A stretch of 63,403 bases of DNA, filler included, from Octopus bimaculoides (Eukaryota), in NCBI RefSeq assembly GCF_001194135.2. It is 7 parts of 7 records of this genome, joined end to end, with 100 filler letters (N's around TTAATTAATTAA, not from the genome) between each part and the next. Parts side by side here need not be neighbours in the genome. Positions count along the whole stretch, not along the records: positions 52,208 to 53,771 come from NC_068988.1; positions 53,872 to 59,821 come from NC_068985.1; positions 59,922 to 63,403 come from NC_069008.1; 4 more parts are not named here. One strand, written 5' to 3'. Numbering within the stretch: position 1 is the first letter of the stretch; each line of letters starts with the position of its first letter. The translations under genes and the position numbers were made by a program. Below are positions 52,239 to 63,403 of the stretch, in pieces. The notes beneath the pieces are model-generated. The model was not told the origin of the DNA. It worked only from the letters and a program-made list of their open reading frames with translations, and did not search any database.

Positions 52239-52358
52239 TTATAAGTATTCATAAACAATCAAATACGTACATATATACAAGCATATGAATGCATACATAC
52301 AAACGTCTGTGTATGTGTAAATTGATTGTAAATGTGTGTATGTATGTATGTATGTATG

Positions 52359-52395
<37 letters not shown>

Positions 52396-52490
52396 CCAGA
52401 GGGTGAAAGAGAAACGAAAGTATTGAAATATATTTATAGATAGAGAGAGACAGACAGGGAGATAAACAGATAAATAAATAAATAAATAGC

Positions 52491-52556
<66 letters not shown>

Positions 52557-53729
52557 TAGACAGAGGAACAGAATTGGTATATATATTTCTCCACAAGTTT
52601 TCTATTGGGTTAGGGAAATATGTGAACACGAATGCCAACTTGTTAGCTTCGAAAAATTGCTTATAATTATTTTCGGTCGTATAGTCACTTGGGGGAAATT
52701 TCTTGTTTAATTAAGGGTATTGAACGAAATTGCGTTTTGTTGCTTTAATTATTGAGGTGTTTGGTGAGCTATATATGTTTCATATTTTTCATGCTTTTCT
52801 CTTGTTATTTTTTTTTCTTTTTTCTTTGTTTTGTTTTTGTTTTGCTTTGTTTTGTTTTGTTCGTGAGGCTGTTAGTGTGATGGTAAGTCTATGCGTGAGG
52901 TAATATGTTATCAAGCGGCGGTTCCGTGTGATTATTGTTACGGGTGTTGTTGCATCGTCGATGTCGATTTGTGTTGCTGTTGATGAATGATGCTGATTAT
53001 TGTGATTACGGTGATTAGTGTGATTATTAACGACGACGATGATGATAATGATACTGCTGCTGATGATGATCCTAATAAACGATGCTAATGATGACGATGA
53101 CGATGACGATGCCGATGATGACGGTGAGGTCGGTGGAGACGTTGTTTGTTTGAAACTGGTACTGCTGCAGGTGGTGACACTGCTGCTGGTGCTGCCGCGG
53201 TTTCCGCCACCGCCGCCGCCGCCGCTGTTGATAATCTCGCTGCTGCTGTTGCTGCTGTTGACGATGATGTTTGGTGCCGGTGGTGGTGTGTATTTTAATA
53301 CTACTTCTAACTCTACTACTATTAGAACTACAGCAACTTGTTACCACTAATAACACTAGTATCGCTACTACAACTATCACTACGTCTTCTATAAACCACC
53401 ACAACAAGTGATGCTAGTCTTATTACATTCTGCTACTCCATTGAATCGTGATGCAGCTGCTAACTCTGCTGCAGTCGGGCACACTAGTCATACTACAGAC
53501 TCAACCACTCCACCAGTCACAACAGCAACAGCAGCGGTAGCAGCAACAGCAGCAGCAGCAGCAGCAGCAACAACAACAACAACAGCAACAACAACAACAA
53601 CTGCTGGTAATACTGTTGCTAAAGCTATGTGAGTTTGTGGTGAGACAGATGATGTTCACGGAAATGTGGTTGATGCATCAGCTTTTCTGCTAGTAGTGAA
53701 CTAGCGGACATTGTTTCCGACTAAGGGGG

Positions 53730-53761
<32 letters not shown>

Positions 53762-56700
53762 TATATATAAANNNNNNNNNNNNNNNNNNNNNNNNNNNNN
53801 NNNNNNNNNNNNNNNTTAATTAATTAANNNNNNNNNNNNNNNNNNNNNNNNNNNNNNNNNNNNNNNNNNNNTACAAAGAATATATATACATGTATACACA
53901 CATATATGTACATACTTACATCTACATGTGTATATACATGCATATCAGGGTACAGGACGTTAGAACAATAAACTACAGACAACGGAACGAACACATAGGA
54001 AAACGGAAAGCCCCTTGGAATATCCCTTCATCAGCTGTCTCTATTCTACACACTGAGAAAGAATATTTGCGAGAGATAAAAGAAATTGCAATTTCCCCCA
54101 AACCTATATTTCAAGGCTAATTCTTAACGTGAAGATAGTTAAGAGCTGATGCAATGACTATTGCCAAAAATTCTTAAATAATTGAAAATCTACCTCTTTG
54201 GCGGCGAAACCAACAAAAACCGAACAGGAATGGTTAGAAACTATCAATGAATAGAAAGAAATTAAAACATTTTGTATTGTATACGCCTCTCATTTGTTGC
54301 CAGCTATTGATTTTCCACTCATAGAGTTGGTATCTAAAAGTGTTTAGCTATTGTCTGGTGGTGGTGGTGGGGGTAGTTGAAACGAAAGTGTTAAAAAATA
54401 AAATGAGTCAAAAGCGGAATGTCCCAAAAGTAAACTTGTCTATTGTACAAAATTGTACAAGCGTCGAAAAGAAGTCCATACTTTTAAAACTATTCTATAA
54501 TTTGCTCGTGGTCATTAAACATAAAAACGTCTATATAATTATTCTGATTGATATTATTCATTATCAATATAAACTTAGTAGATGGGATGCAATGTTTAAT
54601 TAACTACACGACAAAAAGAAATTACTGAGAAATAAACTATAATCTAGCTTAGAAAATATCCTGGATGATACCCGCTAATGGTCTTCGTTCCTTTTATCTG
54701 ACATCATTAAGTTGTGCAAGAATTATGAGCAGGTTATTGAACGGTTAATAATATTGGCTCTCGACATAATCGATATCGTTGAAAACGTATCTCAGAAACT
54801 AGGGTGCTAAACCTAGTAATTCCCTTTCACCAACATAGTCATTAATTTTAAACAGTTTCATTTATTTAATGTGCTAACATTAATATATATAGTTTTCAGA
54901 TAGAATTATTCTATATCTAAAAAAAATATTTTCAGTCAAATATATTTACATAAATCGCGACTGAAACAATCCTGCTTCAGCCAGTACAGAGAACACTATG
55001 TGGAGTAAGTTATAAGTAATATTATAACTTTAGCATAAGCTATATTATTACAGATGAAGCATGAATAAGTTTTATGATCCTGGTGAGTTAAACACATAAA
55101 CATTTCAGTTTCAATTCGAGTGCAGTACGTAAAAAATAAAGATGAAGCAAGGTATTATACAGGAATTAAGTATATTTCTCTGTTTACGTTTAAGTTTTTA
55201 ATTTTCTACGCATGATAAAAATCGAACAATCAAAATACAGTTTTTTCGACCTTGTAATTCCTGTATGCTCAAAGATTCTAGTATTAAAACAAATCGTTGT
55301 CTACATACCGTTTTCCGAAATCAATGCCCGACATAAACTGCAACATCACTTGTCAACATTAATAGTTATTTCCCTTTATACTATTTATTTCGCCAGTTAT
55401 CCGATAGGTGAAAAGTGAACTGTGAAAATTTTCATTGATCACATAAAGTTACACAACATAAGGGTCATCTCACATACTTCATATTACAACATTGGTATGT
55501 ATTTAGAATATATTGAATTATTAATGTATCTACAACTAGATCATCTAAAGTGTTTTTATATTAGATGGTGATTTGTGTGATATTTGGTTACTAATTTTGC
55601 AGGTCAGCTAGCTTGTTACCTTGTTGCAGGATTTAATGATTTCTGTACAAGATTTAAACTTGACATTTGACTTTTGGCAGTTACAAACGAATTAAAAATT
55701 AAATTCCTGCTTGTCAATGTTTTTCTGTCTTCCTAGTAAATAATTTGTTTTAATGTGCAAGTTAAAATTTGCCTGAATAAATCTATTTTACTTGCTGGTA
55801 CTTCATGAATACATTCTTCTGATGTCAGAGTCTACAAATTCTGCTGCATAATTTGAAACCAGAAATATTTCATATCAAGAACATTTTCAATAAATAGCAA
55901 CTGGATCTTCTAAAGTCAATGATGGCATCAGGAAAAACTAACCAACGATGCAGAGCGACTACCCATCAAATTCACTGACTGACATCCAGCTAATTCATCT
56001 AGAAGTAGACAGACAAGGTCTGAAAGTAGAACAAAAGAAAAGGCAATCAAGCATTATGTTAGCCACTATTTAGTAATCAGTCATTGCACTTGACAATTTG
56101 ACTTGTGAACAGGAGGTTTGGTAAGACCTCTTACCTGAGCAGCAACTTAAAAACTAACCTGTGACAGTTGACACTTGCATTCCCACTCTCTCAGGATCAC
56201 ATAACTACAGAACCAGTCCATTGAAAGCAATGACTACTCTTCTCATTAATCTGACTTTCAACTGTCTATTCATCATATTAGTAAATTGGGATCTTGTCAT
56301 CCTAATACCAACCACTTTACTGAGTGCTTTTTTCACACTACTGGCACTTTTGAAGTTACCAAGTAGTTCACAAGAATATGATAGAGGAATAGGAACAAGT
56401 AAATGCCTTCCTGTAGAGAAGATACATGGCTACCCCATGTATCCTACCATGGAAAAGGAGCGATGAGGCGTTAGGACATAGCCTCAAGGTACAAGAGGGT
56501 GAAAGTGAGAGGGAGGAAGGTAGAGGAACAGGTAAGAAGGAAGAGGATCAGATAAGTTCACAAAAGTGTGAGGTGAATGGCAAACTGTTAGAGGTACAAA
56601 ATATAGAAGTATAGGTAATGCTATAAATGGCAAACAGCAGAGGGTCATGGTCATTAGTGAATATCAGTTTGGTGATGGGTGAAATAAATAGGAGTGGATC

Positions 56701-57049
56701 AGGGGGAAGGTGATAAGTGACAATACAGGAAGGAGATAGAGAGCAGCTTGATGAGTGGGGCAAAGGGAGGGGTACTCAGTAACAAGGGCAGAGATCTGAG
56801 GTATGTAGGAGTGACAAATAGAGGTGGTGGTGGAATGATGGCTGATATAAGATGGTGTTCAATGGGTGTATGGGATGATATTGAGAATATGAAGTGGGTG
56901 ACATGGGGAGATAGCTCCAAGGAGAGGGGAAAATGGTAGCACAAAGTGTTGGTGCAAAGTATGTGCACCTCTACTTGTATTATTTATATTGTCTTCACCA
57001 AGAAAGTAATCATACCACATTTTTATGAAAACCATAGGTAATCTTATAG

Positions 57050-57205
57050 GGTCATAAAAGCCATGTACAGAGATGCTTTCAATAAAGTGAGAGTTGAAAA
57101 TAAATAGTGATGAGTTTAGAGTGCAAGTAGCAGATCATAGTCCCCTCCTATTCATCATAGACCTCTAGGCTGTAACAGAAGAGTTTAAGATTGGTTGCCC
57201 TGGTG
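57050..57205 (+). mobile_element. Small RTE RT fragment
   Basis: VIKAMYRDAFNKVRVE..SPLLFII..EEFKIGCP parallels 27830-28010. Confidence 0.55.
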
Positions 57206-58657
57206 TGGAAGGAAAACCTACAATCAAAAGACATCAAAGTTAACTTAGTAAAGTCTTAACTCTTAGTCAGTAGGAAAACATACAGATTTCTGCTTTCATC
57301 AGGGAAATGGCCTTGCTTAATATGTTCCCGATCACTTCTGCTTCCCTTGTATCAAGGTGTCCACCCTGACACCTCATCACATCCTTTTATTATCCTTCAC
57401 CTTTCATCACTTGAGGCAAAGCCCAGAAATGCTTGCATGTAAGTAAAAGCTGACTTTAAGAATATATTCACCCACTACCTTTGGTGAATGATAGAGATAT
57501 AGTTTTCAATTCAGTTGAAAACTGATTTAGTGATGAAGCCTAGAAGGGCTTTTAAGTGAGTAAAATTTGACATTGAGAATAACCTTGAGGGGCTGAGTGA
57601 GTTGGTATTTTATAAAAAATAAAGGAAATCTCAAAAGGAGAGGTGCTTTGAAAACAGCAAAATACCCTTAGAGAAAAAAAAAAAAGAAAAATTAGAGAGC
57701 AAACCACCAGTTAAGCAAACCCCAGTTTAGCACCCTGTACCATTGAGCCAAGCTACATTTGACAAAAGAAATCATCTCTTAAAACGGAAAGAATATTTTA
57801 ATTTATTCAAATGATCATGGTTTTTCTGTCAATTAAACCCACACCAGTGCTTTTGTATCTAATATTTTTTGACGAGGTTTTAACCATAATAGTCATCTCA
57901 TAGAGCTCTTTCATTTGAACAGAACTGTTGTATAGTTTTCTTCGATATTAGCTGTGACATTTTGATTCAAAATTAATTTAGGGGTTACTTACCATTTTTC
58001 ATCACTTTAAGCCAAACAAATTTTTCCTTGCGAATGCATTTTAATGAAGTTTTCAGAAAAAGATGCTTCTCAATGAGCGCATTTTTTAAAACACAATTAA
58101 TTTACCTTTTAGATAACTTAAGTTATTTTAACTCAAACTCAAACTTTGTCGTCCTCTCCCATTTTTCATCTAAAGCCACATAACTTTCTTCCACGCTAAT
58201 ACCTTTTAATATGGTTTTCACCACAAGCTACATTTCAATGAGCACATTCTTTTAAACACAATAAACTAATTTTTTTCTTTTTTGATTCAAATTCAATTTT
58301 TTTTTTTTTTTTTTGAATGAACCAAATTTCACTTATCTACAAGTTGACCCTAAAGAATATATTCACCCACTGCCATGGTTGAATGAGAAAGACATGGCAT
58401 TCAACCTTGTTGAGAACTGAATTAGTGAGGAAACCTAGAAGAGCTTGTGAGTGACTAGAATTTGACATTAGAAATAACTTTGAAGGGCAGGGTGAGTTGG
58501 TATTCTACAAAAAAATAAAGGAAATCTCTCCACCAGCTGCTTTGGCATGGTTTTTACAACTGGAGCAGACAGTGGAGTTTGGTGCAGACATCAGGCTTAC
58601 CAGTTTCTGTGAAACCATCCAACCAATGTTAGCATGGAAGACAGATGTTGAATAATA

Positions 58658-58700
<43 letters not shown>

Positions 58701-58702
<2 letters not shown>

Positions 58703-59821
58703 CCGGGGACGTTTAACATGTGAGAACAATAAATCACTGCTCTGAAATTTATCCACAAACATCGGAAATAAAGACATCGCATGGAGCCAAAAATAGCTGA
58801 CAAAGGGTTGGACTATATTCGAGTAAGTAATACTCATTGAAATTTATTTCTATTTTTCCAAATAAAATTATGTATTTTAACTGGATATCATCTCCACTGC
58901 TCGCACAGCACATGTAAACACACTTGGTACATCAACACCAGACCATCTTTGGCCCCAAACACCATGTACAAAAAAATTACAAATAGATTAAATAACACCG
59001 GTATTATTCCACTCACGAATAACAACTGGGAAGTGCATACTTTAAAGTTGTTACGCAAAAAGTTCGAAGAGCTGCACGTACAAAACAATCTGACAACAGA
59101 AATGAACAGACTGGTACCCTACGAAAATGATGACCGTCAAAATAAAGGGCCAGATGTTGTTTCTCATGTCCCGCAAATAAAACCAAAACAGCATAAATGG
59201 ACACGCGAGGAATACATTTCGATCCTACAAGCTTACTTTACAGCAGTGTTCTACCCAAAGAACAAAAACTCAACAACACATACATATAAAATATGGAAGA
59301 AAAATAACTTAAATAAAGACCTGGATACAACAATGAACCCTAATAAACTAGCTAACATACGAAGATATAGTCTCAAAGCAAAAAAATTATCAGAAATACA
59401 AATAGAACAATTGAAAGGAAAAATACATCAGGAAAATCTAGATAGTAGCCACACAACAATGCCAAAGAATAATATAAACACTGAGATAGTAAAACACGAA
59501 GACAAACGTAACATTTTAACCAAAAACGAAGTAAACAAAAAACAACAAGCCCAGACCATAGAGATGTATAATAATGTACAAAAAGCACCAATCCAGAACA
59601 CCACAGACAAACATATGAATGAAAAGGAAGGCGAAACAAATCTAAAACCTGGGAATAACGAAGGGAAACCTAATGATTATGATACTATAAAAATGAGAAT
59701 AATTAAAGAACTGAAAACCACAGATCTTAGAATGGACCACAGATTATATCTCACAAAAATCAAAATAGACAATAAAACAACATCAATAATAAATAGCATA
59801 AACCTGGCCGTCACGGAACTA
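58701..59821 (+). mobile_element. R4/Dong-like LINE 5' end with Myb-like N-terminal domain, cut by a gap
   Basis: ORF 58949..59821: KWTREEYISILQAYF..YKIW..NKLANIRR; begins directly after an (AAT)n array. Family call is inferred. Confidence 0.7.
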
Positions 59822-60029
59822 NNNNNNNNNNNNNNNNNNNNNNNNNNNNNNNNNNNNNNNNNNNNTTAATTAATTAANNNNNNNNNNNNNNNNNNNNNNN
59901 NNNNNNNNNNNNNNNNNNNNNTGAAGTATAAAGGTTTTTTTTGTAAAACTTCCCGCATTCTCAGAGTCTTTCTGCAGAAATAGGCGCAAATAAATGAAAA
60001 GGTCCATAAATACAGGTATAATTAATAGA

Positions 60030-60393
60030 TAGTAATTCCTCGGCTATCGCGGTTGTTACGTTCCAAAATTCACTCGCGATAGGTGAAAATCTGCGACGTA
60101 GAAACAATACTCTACTGTGTATTTTTTAAAATTATTTTTATAATTTGTATATATTTATTTTATTATAAATGCAAAACAACACCACGGAAGATTCGACGTA
60201 AGCTTAAATAATAAGGCACGATAGGTGAACCGCGATAGTTGAACCGCGACAGTTGAACCGCGATAGTTGAACCGCGATAGGTGAACCGCGATAGTTGAAC
60301 CGCGACAGTTGAACCGCGATAGTTGAACCGCGATAGTTGAACCGCGATAGTTGAACCGCGATAGGTGAACCGCGATATGGTAAGGGATTACTG
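60030..60393. mobile_element. Tigger/pogo-like MITE with internal 14-bp array
   Basis: 5' TAGTAATTCCTCGGCTATCGCGGTT versus reverse complement of the 3' end CAGTAATCCCTTACCATATCGCGGTT; TA follows the 3' end. Confidence 0.75.
60220..60373. repeat. 11 x 14-bp repeat GA(T/C)AG(G/T)TGAACCGC
   Basis: Direct count. Confidence 0.95.
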
Positions 60394-60740
60394 TATATGG
60401 TTAAAATATTTTAGAAAAGAAAACGCATAATTTATAACAAAAGCAGTTCGTTGGTACAAAAAGAAAATGTGTCACAGAATCGACCTGGTAAGTAAATGCG
60501 GAAACTTAAAAGAAATAAAATTTATTACATTTCGTTTTAATTCATACGAAGGGAAATGATCAAAGATTTCTATTACGTTAGGTTATACTAACAGGGGAGG
60601 TAATTCAACTGTGCAAGTTGATGTAAGGGAGATAATCATTACGGCTGTTTCCCAGACGTTATTACGCCTTATAGAGTAGGTGTCGACGTTTAATTTTCCA
60701 ACTGTAGGAAGACAACCCCCACAAGATAGCTATGCACACA

Positions 60741-60771
<31 letters not shown>

Positions 60772-60826
60772 CATACATACACACACGCATGCATGCATGC
60801 ATACATACATACATACATACATACAT

Positions 60827-61110
60827 GCGTTGTGAGTGTTTATTGAGTGAAAACACCTAAAGCTCCATGAGGCTCCGCCAGGGGATGGTGGCGAACCCTG
60901 CTGTACTCTTCCACCACAACTTTCTCTCACTCTTACTTCCTGTTTCTGTTGTGCCTGTAATTCAAAGGGTCAGCCTTGTCACACTGTGTCACGCTGAATC
61001 TCCCCGAGAACTACGTTAAGAGTACACGTGTCTGTGGAGTGCTCAGCCACTTGCACGTTAATTTCACGAGAAGGCTGTTCCGTTGATCGGATCAACTGGA
61101 ACCCTCGACG

Positions 61111-61111
<1 letters not shown>
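60827..61111 (+). mobile_element. Headless copy of the SINE at 40681-41057
   Basis: High similarity to the reverse complement of ~40703-40985. Confidence 0.85.
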
Positions 61112-61159
<48 letters not shown>

Positions 61160-61559
61160 TAATAATAATAATCTCAATCCTTGCTGCTAAAGGCAAGAGG
61201 CCTGAAATGTTGGGGGTATGATGTTAAAGTGTACTCGTTTGTGGAGACTCGACATGGGAATAAGAGGTTAGCCTAAACGATAATTATATTTATGTTACCC
61301 TTGGCCAAGTTGTAGTACCTGTAAGCACACCTGGTGACCCTGAAATACCAGGTTGATACATGGTGTGTCAGGCAACCCCTCCGGGGTTGGTGTCGTAATA
61401 AAAATATCTGTGGTTGAATCACCTTATCACCGCAACCTCACTAAGAGCGAAAATATCAAATACAAATGTTGCGAACAACGAGGTGAGTGACATTGGAACT
61501 GATAACAGTGAACACCTCTCGCCTGGCAAAGTAGGACCGGTCGTCGTGTAGCCACTACG

Positions 61560-61860
61560 GTACGAAAGGGGGGGGGGAGGAAAGACAGAATGGAATTACG
61601 ATGGAATGTTATATCCGAAGTGAAACTAGCAGATTTAGCTACATTGGCCAGAGTGAGAGAAATTTGGTTTGAAAAGGAAACGTTCTATGTAATTCGACAG
61701 AGACTAAGTGATCAAGAAAGACAGATAAAAATAAAATGCTGGTTAACACAAGTAGAAATCGAAGAAATCAAATACAGAATCTATCGGACGGGAAATAGCG
61801 AAATAAGACAGGTAGATTTCAATGACACTGAAAACAGAGACATGGAGGTTCTTTAGCAGC
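61560..61860 (+). mobile_element. Decayed R4-like N-terminal fragment
   Basis: W..RQRLSDQERQIKIKCWLTQVEIEEIK resembles the post-Myb region (NKLANIRR..LSEIQIEQLK) of the 58949 ORF. Confidence 0.5.
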
Positions 61861-62035
61861 AGCAAAGACAATAAACAGATCAACAGCAACAACATTAATA
61901 TGGATTCCAAATTTTCGCACAAGGTAAGCAATTTCGTGGGGAGAAGTGTAAGTCGATTTCATTGCCCCCCACCCCACTGTACAACTGGTCACGCGGAAAG
62001 TAATGACAAAAAAAAACAAAAAACAATTCACTTAC

Positions 62036-62380
62036 TTCTATAGAAGGAAATCTCGTTCTTGTCATTCGTGCTGACGACTTTCATTATATTTTTCGGTGAG
62101 TAATTCTTACAAACATGGCTGACTTTGTTGTAAGTGAAAAATTGCGATTGGCTTCTCAGAGGGAGCGCGGTGCAGTCGAGTAGACTTCGTGTTGAGAAGA
62201 ATTATTCTGATGGAGATGCCTGAAGGTAATCATAGGTATAACCAGGACCCAAAGATTTGTAGTTGGCCTCAAGTTCCTGATCTGAGGTAACAACCAGAAT
62301 TGTTGTAAGGGTTAACAGCAGCACTTCCATTGTAGCTAGACGGGTAAAATGAAACTGAGACATTCTTGGCTCTACGATTG
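62036..62380 (-). pseudogene. Candidate host exon: signal-peptide-like leader + PAN/apple-like module with in-frame TAA
   Basis: Polypyrimidine tract and CTAG acceptor (AG at 62382-62381); ATG at 62363 or 62330; MEVLLLTLTTILVVTS..SPSE*FFSTRSLLDCTALPLRSQSQFFTYNKVSHVCKNY..EISFYR; phase-1 donor A|GTAAGT at 62035. Confidence 0.6.
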
Positions 62381-62866
62381 CTAGAGGGAGAAAGAAGGGT
62401 GAAAGAAATGGCATGAAAGAGAGGGAGAATGCGGTGGGGAGAGATAAGAGGATTTTCAGCAATGAGACAAGATGAATTTTAATATATATAGCGAGAACGA
62501 GGAAGGAAAAAGCAGAGAGAGTAGAAAAGAGTTAGAAAGTAAAGGAGAGAAATCCTGAAAAAGAAGAGAGAGACACAATGAGAAGATGGAAAATGCTTGA
62601 GTGTGAGAGGAAGACTTTTGAGAAGAGAAAACGCAAAAAGAATAAATTGTAATTTAGAATAAAAACTTTTAAATAAGTTACGGTTATTGGTAAAGATGCC
62701 GGTCCCAGGGAGGGTTTTAACTTGTATTCAGGCCCTGGTTGGGGTTTTCCAGGGTTTTGAAGAGTATGGAATCACATCTTAGGCAGTGTTGTTCCCAGGT
62801 CTACTTTGACACAAAGTAGAAGTCAGTAATTCAGTTGATCAGATGGGGCTCATTAGCTTGGTGGTG

Positions 62867-62905
<39 letters not shown>

Positions 62906-62944
62906 GCTGTGGTGGTGGTGGTGGTGGCGGCGGTGCTGGTAGTT

Positions 62945-63150
62945 GGGGCTACCCATTTAGGAGAAAGAAAATTCTGATTCCAAACCTCCGATACCTTGCA
63001 ATAATACTAAACCATGGGAAAGTGTTCGGCTGCAAACATTGAGGGAGAATCGGGCATCAAAGAACCTGAAGCAGTTCAATGCTGTCTACAACCTCACTCT
63101 TGCCACTCCTACGACGACGCTGACAGGAAATTGTAGCACTTTTTGCTGTT
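62945..63150 (+). mobile_element. Possible decayed RTE 5' UTR
   Basis: TAGGAGAAAGAAAATTCTGATTCCAAACCTCC recalls RTE leader sequences; from memory only. Confidence 0.3.
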
Positions 63151-63403
63151 TCTTTGGGTCCATCAATGACGCACTGCATTGGCAACAACCTGTCCTTCAC
63201 ACCACATTGCCCAGGCTTGGGTTAAATCGAACCGGATTAAACCGGACAACACAACAGAGAGGAATTACATAAAAAACTCAAACAGCATAGGAACAACCCG
63301 CGAATGGGGCTTTTGTGACAGATACTGGCAATTGCGCATAGAGCTATTTCGACGCAGATGACGCTTTTCTAGCGGAAAGCTAAGGCCTTCATTTGTGGTC
63401 ACT

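Noticed and set aside
52980-53632. Poly-Q/A/T/D ORFs (similar at 6132-6374, 8286-8693, 9215-9964)
   Set aside because: Translations of trinucleotide or GA-rich low-complexity DNA with no non-repetitive domain.
54015-54045. CUGAUGA on the - strand in PLE-UTR-like sequence (also ~57295)
   Set aside because: No correctly placed GAAA and NUH with paired stems.
55900-56150. Splice-like signals on the - strand as a possible next exon of the 62036 gene
   Set aside because: The phase-1 frame closes within ~25-30 codons and resembles nothing recognisable.
1575-60373. Short regular arrays (17, 19, 14 bp) as CRISPR candidates
   Set aside because: No unique spacers, no cas genes, eukaryotic context.
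61290-61410. Hairpins in an R4-like leader as a possible HDV-like ribozyme
   Set aside because: I could not build the nested double pseudoknot; a descriptor search would be needed.

Overview
Repeat-dense, AT-rich animal DNA; composition and the tRNA-derived SINE/RTE landscape suggest an octopus or other coleoid cephalopod (inference, not verified). The assembly is gapped, with six artificial 44N-TTAATTAATTAA-44N joins. No intact multi-exon gene is visible and most ORF-track entries are microsatellite artefacts. Recognisable content: Penelope-like elements (PLEs: one Neptune-type, four C-terminal GIY-YIG relics resembling the Hydra clade, further pseudo-LTR fragments), many RTE LINE fragments, R4/Dong-like and HERO-like restriction-endonuclease LINE fragments, a decayed Gypsy with 3' LTR, three mariner relics, a Tigger-like MITE and several SINE families. 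Main observations: (1) several minimal type I hammerhead ribozymes, the best at 27773-27814(-), fully paired, with a palindromic stem III and a compensatory U3-A8 core; (2) a splice-bounded host exon at 62036-62380(-) encoding a signal-peptide-like stretch and a PAN/apple-like module with one in-frame stop; (3) a PLE with direct and inverted pseudo-LTRs and a 17-bp array inside its endonuclease; (4) a near-perfect ~95-bp fold-back inside a decayed PLE. These are mostly unusual variants of known classes; novelty cannot be established without searches.
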